DNA from: Malacoraja senta
Lineage: Eukaryota
Length of the DNA stretch: 64,000 nucleotides
NCBI GenBank assembly: GCA_038087875.1
Contig: CM076001.1
Coordinates: forward strand, 1,984,001-2,048,000
Reading direction: 5' to 3'
Part shown: positions 35,627 through 47,036 of the stretch, in pieces
How the letters are laid out: each line of letters starts with the position of its first letter
Position numbering within the stretch: position 1 is the first letter of the stretch
The notes under the pieces: model-generated
What the model saw: the letters and a program-made list of their open reading frames with translations, nothing else
Database searches by the model: none
Told to the model about the DNA's origin: nothing
Position numbers and translations under genes: made by a program

Positions 35627-38600
35627 ATACTTTTAAAACTCTCTGGCTGCCGTCCGTCTGTACGTCTGTACGTCTGTACGTCTGTACGTCTGTACGTCTG
35701 TACGTCTGTACGTACAACGTTCTGCTTGACCTGTCCCGCCTTTGATACCGCCCCGCGCCCGCGCGGCGCGCGGAAACGCCGATATTTTTTACCGTTTCTA
35801 AAGAGGTTACGTTTATCTTTACGAATAGACGATCCTGATTAAATTTGGTCGTGTTTAGGTACGCTTTTTAAAATAAAATACCTCTCCACCCCCCAAACCA
35901 AACATTTCAAAATGTTTAAAAAAAACAGCTCAGCCGTAGAATGTTAGTAAAGATTCCGTTGTGTGATGTCACAATGCACAATGGTCACAGATGTCCAATC
36001 GGAATGGACCAATTTACATATGCCTTGGCAGCAGCCCCAGCCCATCCCCCCCACCCCCGCAGCCTGTGTCGAAGGGCGTCGCCACGTGTGTGGGAATAGA
36101 GAAAGATGATTGGGGGTGATAGGGTATGGGGAACAGATGGACTGTCCCTACCCCTCTTACTTCCACTCTCCCTCCCCCTCCTCTCTCCTCTCCCCCTCCC
36201 TCCCCTCCCTCTCTTCCCCCTACTCCTCTCCCCTTCCCCTCATCCCCTCTGTCCACCTCTAACATCCTCTCCCCCCTTCCTGCCCTCCCCGCTCTCCTAC
36301 CACTCCCCACTCTCCTCCCCCTCCCTCTCCCCCACCCTGCTCTCTTCTCACTCACCAATCTCTCCCCTTTCCTCCTCCCCCTCTCCTCTTCTCTCCCCAC
36401 CCCGACTGTCCCTACCCCTCCTACTTCCACTCTCCCTCCCCACTCTTCCCCCTCTCTCCTCTCCCCCTCCCTCCCCTCCCACACCCTCTCTTACCCCTCC
36501 ACCCCCTCTTCACCCCCATCTCCCCCCACCCCCTTCCACTCTCTCTTGCACCACTCCCCGCAACCACTCACTCCCAACTCTTCCCCTCTCCCTCCCCCAC
36601 CTCTCTCCCTCCCCCTCCCTCTCTCCCTCTCTTCCACCTACTCCTCTCCCCTTCCCCTCATCCCCCCTCTCCACCTCTAACACCCCCCCCCTCTCCCCCC
36701 TTCCTGCCCTCCACGCTCTCCTCCTAACTCACCACTCTCCTCCCCATCCCTCTCCCCCACCCTACTCTCTTCAACCTCACCAATATCTCCCCTTTCCTCC
36801 TCGCCCTCTATCCTCCCTCCCCCTCTCCTCTTCTCTCCACACCCCGTCTTCCTCTCCCCCTTCCACCCGAGTGTGTTTGCGGGGTGGTTAGTGTGTGTGA
36901 TGCCGCAGCACCCCCCCCCCTCCCGCAAACGCGCGTTGGGAAAACAGCCCACCAACAGTCTCTCTGTCTTTAACACGGAACTGCAGATGCTGGAAAATCA
37001 AAGATACACAAAAAAGCGGTATAACATCAGCGGGTGCAGCAGCATCTATGGATCGAAGGAAATAGGAAACGTTTCAGGTTAAAAAAAAACTGAGGATGGG
37101 CTTCGGCCCAAAGCTTTGCCTATTTCATTCGCTCCATAGATGCTGCTGCACCCGCTGTGTTTCTCCAGCTTTTTTTTGTGTACCAGTCTCTCTGTCTCTC
37201 CCATCTCTCTCTCTCTCTCTCTCTGCCCTTCTCTCTTCACAGCCCGCGGCTCGACTCATGCACGCCCGTTCCAAACACCCCCTTCACCTTTCTCCCCCAT
37301 CGTCTCCTTCCTCTCTCCACCACTCTCCTCTCTCCCCCTCCTCTCTCCCCACCTTTATCTCCCCCCTCCTCCATCTCTCTTCAAATTTTTAACATTAAAT
37401 TTTGTCTCTCTGCTACCCCCCTCTAGAAGCACCTGAGAGGTGAGGGCTATTCATCAGTGGATAGGGTGGAGATGGGATAAAAGAATCAAATTTTAAAATT
37501 AATGTAATATCAAGGGGTGTGATGAGTGTGTGTGTTTGTGGATGGAGGATTCCGTGCATTGGAGGAAAGGGGGTGGTTAGTGTGACGCAACAGCCCCTCC
37601 CCCCCCCCCCCGCAAACGCACGTTCGGTGTCCAGACCCAACGGGTCTGCACTTGGTCTAGTATACTTTTAAAACTCTCTGGCTGTCGTCCGTCTGTACGT
37701 CTGTACGTCCAACGTTCTGCTTGTCTGTACGTCCAACGTTCTGCTTGACCTGTACGCCGCCTTTGATACCGCCCCTGGCCCACACAGCGCGCGGAAAGGC
37801 CCATATTTTTTACCATTTTCAAAGAGATGACATTTATCTTTACGAATAGCCACTCCTGATTAAATTCGGTCCTGTTTATGTACACGTTTTTTAATAAAAT
37901 CCATCCCCCCCCCACCCCCATGTGATTTTCTCCGATTGTCTCCGAAAACGACGCCATCTTTTTTTCGCCGATTGTCTCCGAAAACGACGCCATCTTTTTT
38001 TCGCCGATTTTCTCAGATTTTTTTCCAAAAACGACGCCATCTTTTTTTCGCCGATTTTCACCCCGGGGTCTGAATCACGTTCGGGGACAACACCCCGGGG
38101 TGTCAAGCACTTTCGGGGACCACACCCAACTGGTCTGCACCCCCACCCCCATGTGATTTTCTCCGATTATCTCCGGTTTTCTCCGAAAACGACTCCATCT
38201 TTTTTTCGCCGATTTTTTCAGAAAACGACGCCATCTTTTTTTCGCCGATTTTCTCCGATTTCTTCCGAAAACGACGCCATCTTTGTTTTCCACGATTTTC
38301 AAACAAGGGTCTCAAGCACGTTCTGGAACAACACCCCGGGGTGTCAAGCACTTTCGGGAACAACACCCCGGGGTGTCAAGCACTTTCGGGGACCAGACCC
38401 AACGGGTCTGCACTTGGTCTAGTATACTTTTAAAACTCTCTGGCTGTCGTCCGTCTGTACGTCTGTACGTCAAACGTTCTGCTTGTCTGTACGTCCAACG
38501 TTCTGCTTGACCTGTACGCCGCCTTTGATACCGCCCCTGGCCCACACAGTGCGCGGAAAGGCCCATCTTTTTTACCATTTCCAAAGAGATGACATTTATC

Positions 38601-38924
38601 TTTACCAATAGCCACTCCTGATTAAATTCGGTCCTGTTTATGTACACGTTTTTTTAAATAAAATCCACCCCCCCCCCCCACCCCCATGTGATTTTCTCCA
38701 ATTGTCTCCGATTTTCTCCGAAAACGACGCCATCTTTTTCCCCCCGATTTTCTCCGAAAACAACGCCATCTTTTTTTCGCCGATTTTCTCCGATTTTTTC
38801 CGAAAACGACGCCATCTTATTTTCCACGATTTTCACCCAGGGGTCTGAAGCACGTTCGGGAACAACACCCCGGGGTGTCAAGCACTTTCGGGGACCAGAC
38901 CCAACGGGTCTGCACTTGGTCTAG
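33730..38924 (+). mobile_element. Head-to-tail array of non-autonomous Helitron-like units (33730-34140; 34141-~34403 truncated; 35626-37660; 37661-38422; 38423-38924)
   Basis: Each complete unit ends in the hairpin CAGACCC-AAC-GGGTCTG, 8 nt, then CTAG. Each begins TATACTTTTAAAACTCTC followed by a (GTCTGTAC)n microsatellite. No TSD; A|T insertion context. Confidence 0.8.
36140..36870. repeat. Polypyrimidine/polypurine low-complexity tract with internal duplications, inside Helitron unit 3
   Basis: Almost only C/T on the + strand. GACTGTCCCTACCCCTC occurs near both 36140 and 36404. Confidence 0.9.
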
Positions 38925-39666
38925 TATAAACTTAAATATTAAAAAAATATGAATACATATAAAATAACTGTTAATATAATAGATACAAATATAATAATAT
39001 ATACAACTAATATTATAATTGTATATATTATTATTAGATTTATTTTAAAATATATATATATATATTTAAATGGATGGAGAGATTAACAGCTGGCATTGCA
39101 TCAGGCGTTAAACAGATTTAAATGCGTTTGGCGGAATGTCACAATTCTAGAATCGTTTTGGCATTACGAGAACGCACAGAAGGAAGAGCAGTTCTCACCA
39201 AAGTATGTGCAGTATCTCTGAACCGCTGACAAGAGATCACTTCAAATACTTCCAACTTACTAAGTAGATGTTTTTCTCGCATAGAAGACGGAATGTTGCT
39301 CGAAAGCAAATATCTAAATAGCTCTGTGGGTGTTACTTCCCAGATTTAAACCAATCCCTGCTAGGTTTTGTTTGAATTGCAAAACAACACATTTCCCACA
39401 TTATCTTCCGTTGCCCATGGACTGATCCTTTACCCAACCGTCCATTTACTGTTCTCTCTTGTGTCCTCCCTTCATCTTTACTATCTGAGATCCGGGCATA
39501 ACGCTGTTCCTACAATGTACGCTCTATTCGCTAACTATTTCAACCAAAGACTTAATTTTAAACTAAAAAAATCACGCGATTTGACCGTTAGTGTGAATAG
39601 GCGTAATTGTAAGTTTCCCAGCAATGGTCTCTCCAACGTGCATCACTTTCCAATGAGGACGATAAA

Positions 39667-40330
39667 AACATAGAAACATAGACAATAAGTGCTGGAGGAG
39701 GCCATTCGGCCCTTTAAGCCAGCACCGCCATTCATTATGATCATGGCTGATCGTCCTCAATTAATAACCCGTGCCTGCCTTCTCCCCATATCCCTTGATT
39801 CCACTGGCCTCTAGAGCGCTATCTAACTCTCTCTTAAATCTATCCAATGACTTGTCCTCCACTGCCCTCTGTGGTAGGGAATTCCACAAATTCACAACTC
39901 TCTGGGTGAAAAAGTTTTTTTCTCACCTCAGTCTTAAATGGCTTTCCCTTTATTCTAAGTATGTGGCCCCTGGTTCTGGACTCGCTCAACATTGGGGACA
40001 TTTTTCCTGCATCTAGCTTGTCCAGTCCTTTTATAATTTCATATGTTTCTATAAGATCCCCCTCATCCTTCTAAACTCCAGTGAATACAAGCCTAGTCTT
40101 GTCAATGTTTCCTCGTATGACAGTCCCGCCATCCCAGGGATAAATCTCGTACACCTACGCTGCACTGCCTCAATCTCAAGGATGTCCTTCCTCAAATTAG
40201 GAGACCAGAACTGGACACAATACTCCAGAGGTGGTCTCACCAGAGCCCTATACAACTGCAGAAGAACCTCTTTACTCCGATAGTGAAATCCTCTTGTTAT
40301 GAACGCCAAGATTCCATTATCTTTCTTGTA
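39667..40330 (-). mobile_element. CR1 3' portion
   Basis: ORF 40049-40366 (YRALVRPPLEYCVQFWSP). (CTATGTTT) tail at about 39667-39690. Confidence 0.88.
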
Positions 40331-41353
40331 ATTGTAAACCAGCATTTTCGGAGAACGTCCATACATTTAATATTTCAGATAAAGGATTTGGTGTACTTGA
40401 TGTTGGGAGAATGGTTCCACAGTGGACAGGAACCAGGGAGGGATTGGGATGAGGTGTGGCGGATGGGAGTTGCATGGAAACAGACCCATCGGGTCAACAC
40501 CGTCACCGATTACCCGTTCAAACCATTTCCATGTTATCTCAGTTTCGCACGACTCTCTACAAACGAGGTGGAATTTTCAGAGGGCTGATCGACCTACAAT
40601 CAGTCGATCCTGCATGCCTTTAGGACGTGGCCGCAAACCGGGATACCCGAAGTTAACACACGCGTTCTCATGGAGATTGCCCAGCAGCACCCGAGTTCAG
40701 GATCACACACGTCTATCTGGAGTTGTGAGGTAGCAGCTCTACCAGCCTCGCCACTGTGTCTCATCTTGTGTATTCCACTAATAGTGGGCGATTTCCTTCG
40801 GCTGCTCCCACGTAGGCGATAATCTATCTGACATTGCCGGATGAAAAGTAGGATCATCAGTGGGAGTTGATTATCAGTTGAAAGAGAGAGAGTTGTAATA
40901 GTAAGCGACAAGAATGAGATGTGAGTGAGTGCTCAGAGAGTCGACTTAAATACCCACTGAAAGGGAAGGAAATGTGAGAAATCCCATAACATATTTTCTC
41001 CACCGATGGCGGCTGAGATTCGTATAGCTCCAAATTTGAGTTGGGTACTCTCTCCCCAAATCCTCTTCGTTCCAGACTCGAGTATCCCGATTACACCATA
41101 CGGGAAACCCATCCTGTCATTTCGGTCTATGGTCCTGATATTTATCAGACACGATGTACCTATTGTTCTATTTGAGGATGCCGTTGACGCTGCTGGTTTG
41201 CGCTGAAGGGTATGTGAACGGTTGTTCACAGCTCATTCTTATTTATTGGCTCCCACATCCTGCTGTCCCGTCAGCTCCTCTCTCTTTCTCTCGCTCCGTC
41301 CTCCTCACCCCACCCACGCCTCCTCAGTCCAAACTGCAATCCATCATTTTATG

Positions 41354-41630
41354 NNNNNNNNNNNNNNNNNNNNNNNNNNNNNNNNNNNNNNNNNNNNNNN
41401 NNNNNNNNNNNNNNNNNNNNNNNNNNNNNNNNNNNNNNNNNNNNNNNNNNNNNNNNNNNNNNNNNNNNNNNNNNNNNNNNNNNNNNNNNNNNNNNNNNNN
41501 NNNNNNNNNNNNNNNNNNNNNNNNNNNNNNNNNNNNNNNNNNNNNNNNNNNNNNNNNNNNNNNNNNNNNNNNNNNNNNNNNNNNNNNNNNNNNNNNNNNN
41601 NNNNNNNNNNNNNNNNNNNNNNNNNNNNNN
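41354..41630. other. Assembly gap (277 N)
   Basis: Run of N. Confidence 1.
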
Positions 41631-41639
41631 CACGACCAG

Positions 41640-42050
41640 GGTTGGTGGTATTTGGGTTCGGTACATGATGGTACACTGCTTTAGTCACATTAACACTAAT
41701 AACAACACAGATCATAGTAATAAAGTGCATCCATACCACATCACAAATCACAAACCTCACCAACAATACATAGTGCAAAAGAACAGACAAAACCATAGAG
41801 AAGACACTGTATACATCAAAAGTCCTTAGTATTGTCTGTTATGGGAGGGAATTGAGTTTTCTTATTGCTGAGGGGAAGAAACTTTTTTTAAAGCGGGTGG
41901 ATTTTGTAGCAAGTGACCTAAGGCGCCTCCCTGAAGGGAGAGACTGGAAAAGTGGTTTGCTGGATGGGAGGGGTCCGAGATTATCTATATTTCCCGTTTT
42001 GAGGTACGTTGGAGGTAAATGGTATGGATTGAGGGGAGGGGAGAGTTGAT
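41640..42050 (-). mobile_element. Rex1/Babar-type LINE 3' fragment
   Basis: Minus-strand frame HPSKPLFQSLPSGRRLRSLATKSTRFKKSFFPSAIRKLN. Confidence 0.7.
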
Positions 42051-42999
42051 GATCCTACTCTCTCAGATATCACACTCTTAGACAGGAAGCGGTAAAAATA
42101 CCTCGTGGCCTTCGTTCAAGCAGTCCGATCGATCGGTCTTCCTGATCATCTACATACCAAATGTCTCACTGGCGGAAGATGGACGATAGTGGCAAGCCAA
42201 AGCGCCAATATGACCATGTCAATCAAGGTGCTTTCCTAGAATTGTCCCATTTGGCTGTACATGGCGCATGTTCTTCTCAATCTTTTCTGACCATTAATTT
42301 GCCCAAATGCATCTTAAGTGTTGTAACGTTGCCAACCGCTTCCCTACACATATCGACACCGTGGCGTAGCGGCAAAGATACTGCCTGAGAGCGCTAGAGA
42401 CCTGGATTCTATGCAGGGTACAGCCATTACCTGAAAATACCAAACTTCATAAACCTAGTCCAGAATCTGTCTGTTTTAGAAATTAGAACACAGAACAGTA
42501 CAGCAAAAGAACTGACAGTTTAATTTATTGTCACGTGTACCGAGGTACATTAAAAAGCTTTTGTTACGTGCTTTCCAGTCAGCAGAAAAACAATACATGA
42601 TTGCAATAGAGGCATGTTATGCTTTATTTCTCCACTTATTACTGACTAAAAGTAAGAAGTTAAAAAACATCAAAAGACTTTGAATTTTAAACGACCAGCT
42701 TTCACTGATGACGTCACAGTGGCTCGGCTTGCAGTGATCAGCTTCACTGAAGATTTCATCCTATATCTCACGTTACTCGCGATTATAGCTTTAAAAATGC
42801 CAACTTTCACAAGATGTATACATATTCTGATTCACAATATCCCCTCTAGGCAGAGAACACCTTCCTTGAACATTTTACGCTTTATTTCTCAACTTATTAC
42901 TGATTCAAGTTTAAAAAATAAAAATACTTTGAATTTTAAACGACCAGCTTCAACTGATGACGTCACGACGGCTGGGCTAGCAGTGAGCAAATTCACTTC

Positions 43000-43100
43000 A
43001 CGGGGACGGCTTGAATTTGAGGACCACGCGCCCGTGGGGGCTACGGATAGGGAACGGGTGCGTTGGGGGAGCAGAGCCAACGGGTCTGCACTTGGTCTAG
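43000..43100 (+). mobile_element. Isolated Helitron-like 3' terminus
   Basis: Ends CCAACGGGTCTGCACTTGGTCTAG|T, the same terminus as the array units. Confidence 0.7.
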
Positions 43101-43834
43101 TTTCCTATAAAACTTTGCCCTTATTAGCATAAAGCTGTGCCCTCTTGTATTTAATGTTTTCCATTCTGGGAAAATCAAAGTTCTGACAGGCTACCCTATC
43201 TACGCCTCTCATAAGTTTACATACCTCAACCAGATCTCCCCGCAATCTCCGACATTCCAGAGGGAAAGAATCCAAATTATTCCAATATCTCCATGCACCC
43301 AATACCCGCTAATCCAGCCACCATTCCGATAAATGAGCAACTGCGGCTCTAAAACACGCTGTCCTTATTAAGTGTGTCCATCTTGGTGTATTGGCAAAGA
43401 CATTCACTAATGGTCACCAATTTGTACAGCGTGCTAGTTGAGTTAGTTTACATTAGTTTGGCGTAGTTAAACACACACAATCGCTGTGAAAGTACGCCAA
43501 TTACTGTACTATATTACTCGCTATCCATTTGTATTAGAATTAGTTACTATTCAGGCTATCACAATCCCTACCAAGTGCAACATTGTTTTTATTACATGTA
43601 AGGACGTTACATGAGGTGAAGCCGAAATAAATGAAGGACACTCCCTAGTACAATAATTACCACTTTATGTTAAAATTCTTCGTATGGTGACAGGTCGCGT
43701 TCTTTAAACCCACTCGCGGCCTCCAGAATACCAGCTTTCACGACGGTCAGTACCTCAGGCGCTTTGCAGACGACACACACGTCTCAACAAAGCTACCTCA
43801 GAAACCTCAGGTAGTTAATGCACACCGTTCTCAG

Positions 43835-44020
43835 CGCTGTAATAATCCACACAATAATACACTGCGGTGTCAGACAGCCGGATTCCCTGGAAGGTCATTC
43901 AATACTCCCTCTTTTACCCCAATACTGCATGAGCAAACCGACCTATGGCAACATCTACCTGAAGATCAGAGCCCTCGCCAGTGACGGCAAAGTTGGCTTC
44001 CATCCGCCACCTCATCATGC
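43835..44020 (-). pseudogene. Antigen-receptor (probably TCR) V-segment relic, 3' half only
   Basis: Minus frame RMEANF...GRFAHAVLG*KREY*MTFQGIRLSDTAVYYCV. The RF-to-SD spacing is the same as in the intact V at 50428-50734. Two stops. Degenerate heptamer TACAGCG at 43835-43841 and no nonamer. The 5' half is lost at a CR1 boundary near 44070. Confidence 0.68.
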
Positions 44021-44069
44021 TTCAAGCTTTCTATCTCAATACTTTCTGCCGTTTCGAGAGATCATAAGA

Positions 44070-44900
44070 CAATATACAATAGATAATCGGTGCAGGAGTA
44101 GGTCATTCGACACTTCGATCCAGCTCCGCCATTCACTGTGATCATGCTGATAATCCACATTCAGTACCCCGTTCCTGTCTTGTGCCCATATCCATTGACT
44201 CCGCTACCTCTCAGAGCTCTATCTAACTCTCTCTTGAAAGCATCCAGATAATTGGCCGCCACTGCCTTCTGAGGCAGTGAATCCCGCAGATTCACAACTC
44301 TCTGAGTGATAAAGTCTTTTCTCATCGCCGTTCTAAATGGACTACCCCTTATTCTTAAACTGTGTCCCATGCTTCTGGACTCCCTCAACATCGTTAACAT
44401 GTTTCCAGCCTCTAGCGTGTCCAACCCCTTAACAATACTCCGCCATTTACTCATTGCCAATATATTTCTCCCTCCTAACCCCATTCTCCTGCCTTCTCAT
44501 CATAACCTCTGTCACCTGTACGAATCAAGAATTTATCTATCTGTGCCTTAAAAATATCCAGGACTTTGACTCATAATTCCACAAATTCACCACACGCTGA
44601 CTACATAAATTCCTCCAAATTCCTCCAAATCTCTTTCTAAAAGAACGTCCTTTAATTTTGATGCTATGACCTCTCGTCCTTGTGTCTCCCACGAGTGAAA
44701 ACATCCCTCTCCACGTCCACTCGAACCAAGCCTTTCGCTGGTCTGTCCGTTTCAATGAGGTCCCCTATCATTCTTTAAAACCCCAGCGAGTACAGGCCTT
44801 GCCGTCAAAACGCTCATCATAAGTTCACTCACTCATAACTGGGATAATTCTTGTTTCACTACCTGTATGGGATACCGTGTCCCACCTTCTCGTCACCCTC
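44070..44900 (-). mobile_element. CR1 3' fragments
   Basis: ORF 44161-44484 (GHSLRIRGSPFRT...QRVVNL) and an antisense CR1 3' UTR. Confidence 0.8.
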
Positions 44901-45019
44901 CCAATCAACGTTTCCCAATCTTCGAATTTTTAGCGGCTAATCATCTGATGCTCCTACTTCCTATCCGCTTTATGTTTAAATGGAAACTCATTATCACATG
45001 AAAGGGCTTCGGTGTCGTC

Positions 45020-46157
45020 TCTCCTCATTGGACAGAATTAAGGCACGTGGTATTGGGAGTAGAATGCTGACATGGATAGAAAATTGGTTAGCAGACAGGA
45101 AACAAAGATTAGGGAATAACGGGTTCCTTTCAGAATGACAGGCAGTGACTAGTGGGGTACCGCAAGGCTCGGTGCTGGGACCGCAGCTATTTAAAATATA
45201 CGTCAATGATTTAGATTAAGGGATTCAAAGTAACATTAGCAAATTTGCAGATGACACAAATCTGGGTGTCAGTGTGAACTGTGAGGAGGATGCTATGAGA
45301 ATGCAGGGTGACTTGGACAGGTTGGGTGAGTGGTCAGATGCATGGCAGATGCAGTATAATGTGGATAAATGTGAGGTTATCCACTTTGGTACCAAATCAG
45401 CAAGGCAGATTTTTATTTAAATGGTGTCAAATTGGGAAAAGGGAAAGTACAACGGGATCTGGGGGGTCCTTGTTCATCTGTCAATGAAGGTAAGCATGCA
45501 GGTACTGAAGGCAGTGAAGAAATCAAATGGCATGTTGGCCTTCATAACAAGAGGAGATTGGTATAGGAGAAAGAGGTCCTTCTGAAGTTGTACAGGGTCA
45601 TAGTGAGGCCACACCTGGACTATTGTGTGCAGTTTTAGTCCCCTAATTTGAGGAAGGACGTTCTTGCTATTGAGGGAGTGCAGCGTAGGTTTACAAGGTT
45701 AATTCCCGGGATGGCGGGACTGTCTTATGCTGAGAGAAAGGAGCTGTTGTGCTTGTCTGCTCTGGAATTTAGGATGAGACGGGATCTTATTGAAACATAT
45801 AAGATTATTAAGGGGTTGGACACGCTAGAGGCAGGAAATATGTTCCCGATGTTGGGGGAGTCCAGAACCAGAGCCCACAGTTTAAGAATAAGGCGTGAGC
45901 CATTTAGAACGGAGATGGGGAAACACTTTTTCACACAGAAGGTTGTGAGTCTGTGGAATTATCTGCCTTAGGTGGAGGCAGGTTCTCTGGATATTTTCAA
46001 GAGAGAGCTAGATAGGGCTCTTAAATATAGCAGATTCAGGGGATATGGGAAGAAGGCAGGAACGGGATACTGATTGGGGATGATCAGCCATGATCACACT
46101 GAATGGCGGTGTTGGCTCGAATGGCCGAATGGCCTACTCCTGCACCTATTGTCTATT
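45020..46157 (+). mobile_element. CR1 3' portion
   Basis: RT motifs GVPQGSVLGP and KFADDT, ORF 45648-45971, and a CTATTGTCTATT tail. Confidence 0.9.
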
Positions 46158-46314
46158 AAAAATAAGCTAATCAGCTAGTCTCCAACTCTGTCTATCTGCA
46201 GGACTTTCTCTCTGTACTTCCAGACCCATAAACTAATTTACGGCACAAATACATTGGTTCCTTTTTAAGCTAGAGGGCTCGACTGTTGCACGTAAATTAA
46301 CAGGCACAATCCTC

Positions 46315-46462
46315 GGCAATGTGCAGGCTCGGCGATCGTTTCGGTGAACACCTCCGCTCAGTTCGCCTAAACCTGCTTGATCTCCCGCATGGTAAACACT
46401 TTAACTCCCCCTTCCATTCCACACTGACCTCTCTGTGCTGGGTCTCCTGCATTGTTAGAGGG
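46315..46462 (+). mobile_element. Penelope GIY-YIG fragment
   Basis: CRLGDRFGEHLRSVRLNLLDLPHGKHFNSPFHS, homologous to the element at 25056-26168. Confidence 0.75.
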
Positions 46463-47036
46463 GTCAAATTTGTCTCCTCTTACGTTTTGCTCGAATCTGT
46501 GTACGTGCTTGATAACGTACCCCTGCTTCGTCAACGTAAAGGACGTATTTTACACTTCTACCGCATGGAGAGTTTACGAATGGCAACGGCGTTTTTAAAA
46601 CCCTTGCCTCCCGTTCCTCGTCATTCTGTTGCTCAAACTGCAGACGGTCAGACAAACCCTGGCGGTCAGTTAAGCCCGCGGGAGACTGCGGGCTGAGAAC
46701 AATGGAGCAAACAGTGAACTAGCAATGAAGAACAGAGGAATGTCCATCATCTTACTGAAGGCAATCTAGTGAAGCTGTATACTGTTGCGTTCGCCTTACC
46801 TGGTAAATGTTATATTTGTAAAAGTAACAAGCATTAGCTGTGCTAGCCGGTCTAATGCCACTGATCCAATGTTTATCCTCCAAGAAAGTGGATGCATTTT
46901 GGTGCTTCTGAACTCCTGCACCAACTCGTGCATTTATGAAGGGACGCAGACCAAATTCCGAGAGTAGTTGAAGAATACGGCGAAATACCCCCTGGGTCTA
47001 TTTAGACGAATGTTTACATATTGTGAACGTCTCTAA
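46463..47036 (+). pseudogene. GPR139-like GPCR pseudogene fragment (ECL2 to C-terminus), from a different subfamily than copies 1-3
   Basis: VYVLDNVP / CFVNVKDVFYTSTAWRVYEWQRRF*NPCLPFLVILLLKLQTVRQTLAVS*ARGRLR...MKNRGMSIILLKAI**SCILL...DPMFILQESGCILVLLNSCTNSCIYEGTQTKFRE*LKNTAKYP. Frameshift near 46522. In-frame stops at 46596, 46671, 46767, 46770 and 46965. Confidence 0.85.

Noticed and set aside
36014-36976. Long Pro/Ser/Leu-rich and Gly/Arg/Glu-rich ORFs
   Set aside because: Artefacts of the stop-poor polypyrimidine tract.
33940-38880. Short direct repeats (GAAAACGACGCCATCTTTTTTTCGCCGATTTTCTCC) resembling a CRISPR array
   Set aside because: No unique spacers, irregular periodicity, a eukaryotic context and no cas genes. 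They are internal repeats of the Helitron-like units.
41154-41796. ORFs spanning the N run
   Set aside because: They appear open only because of the assembly gap.
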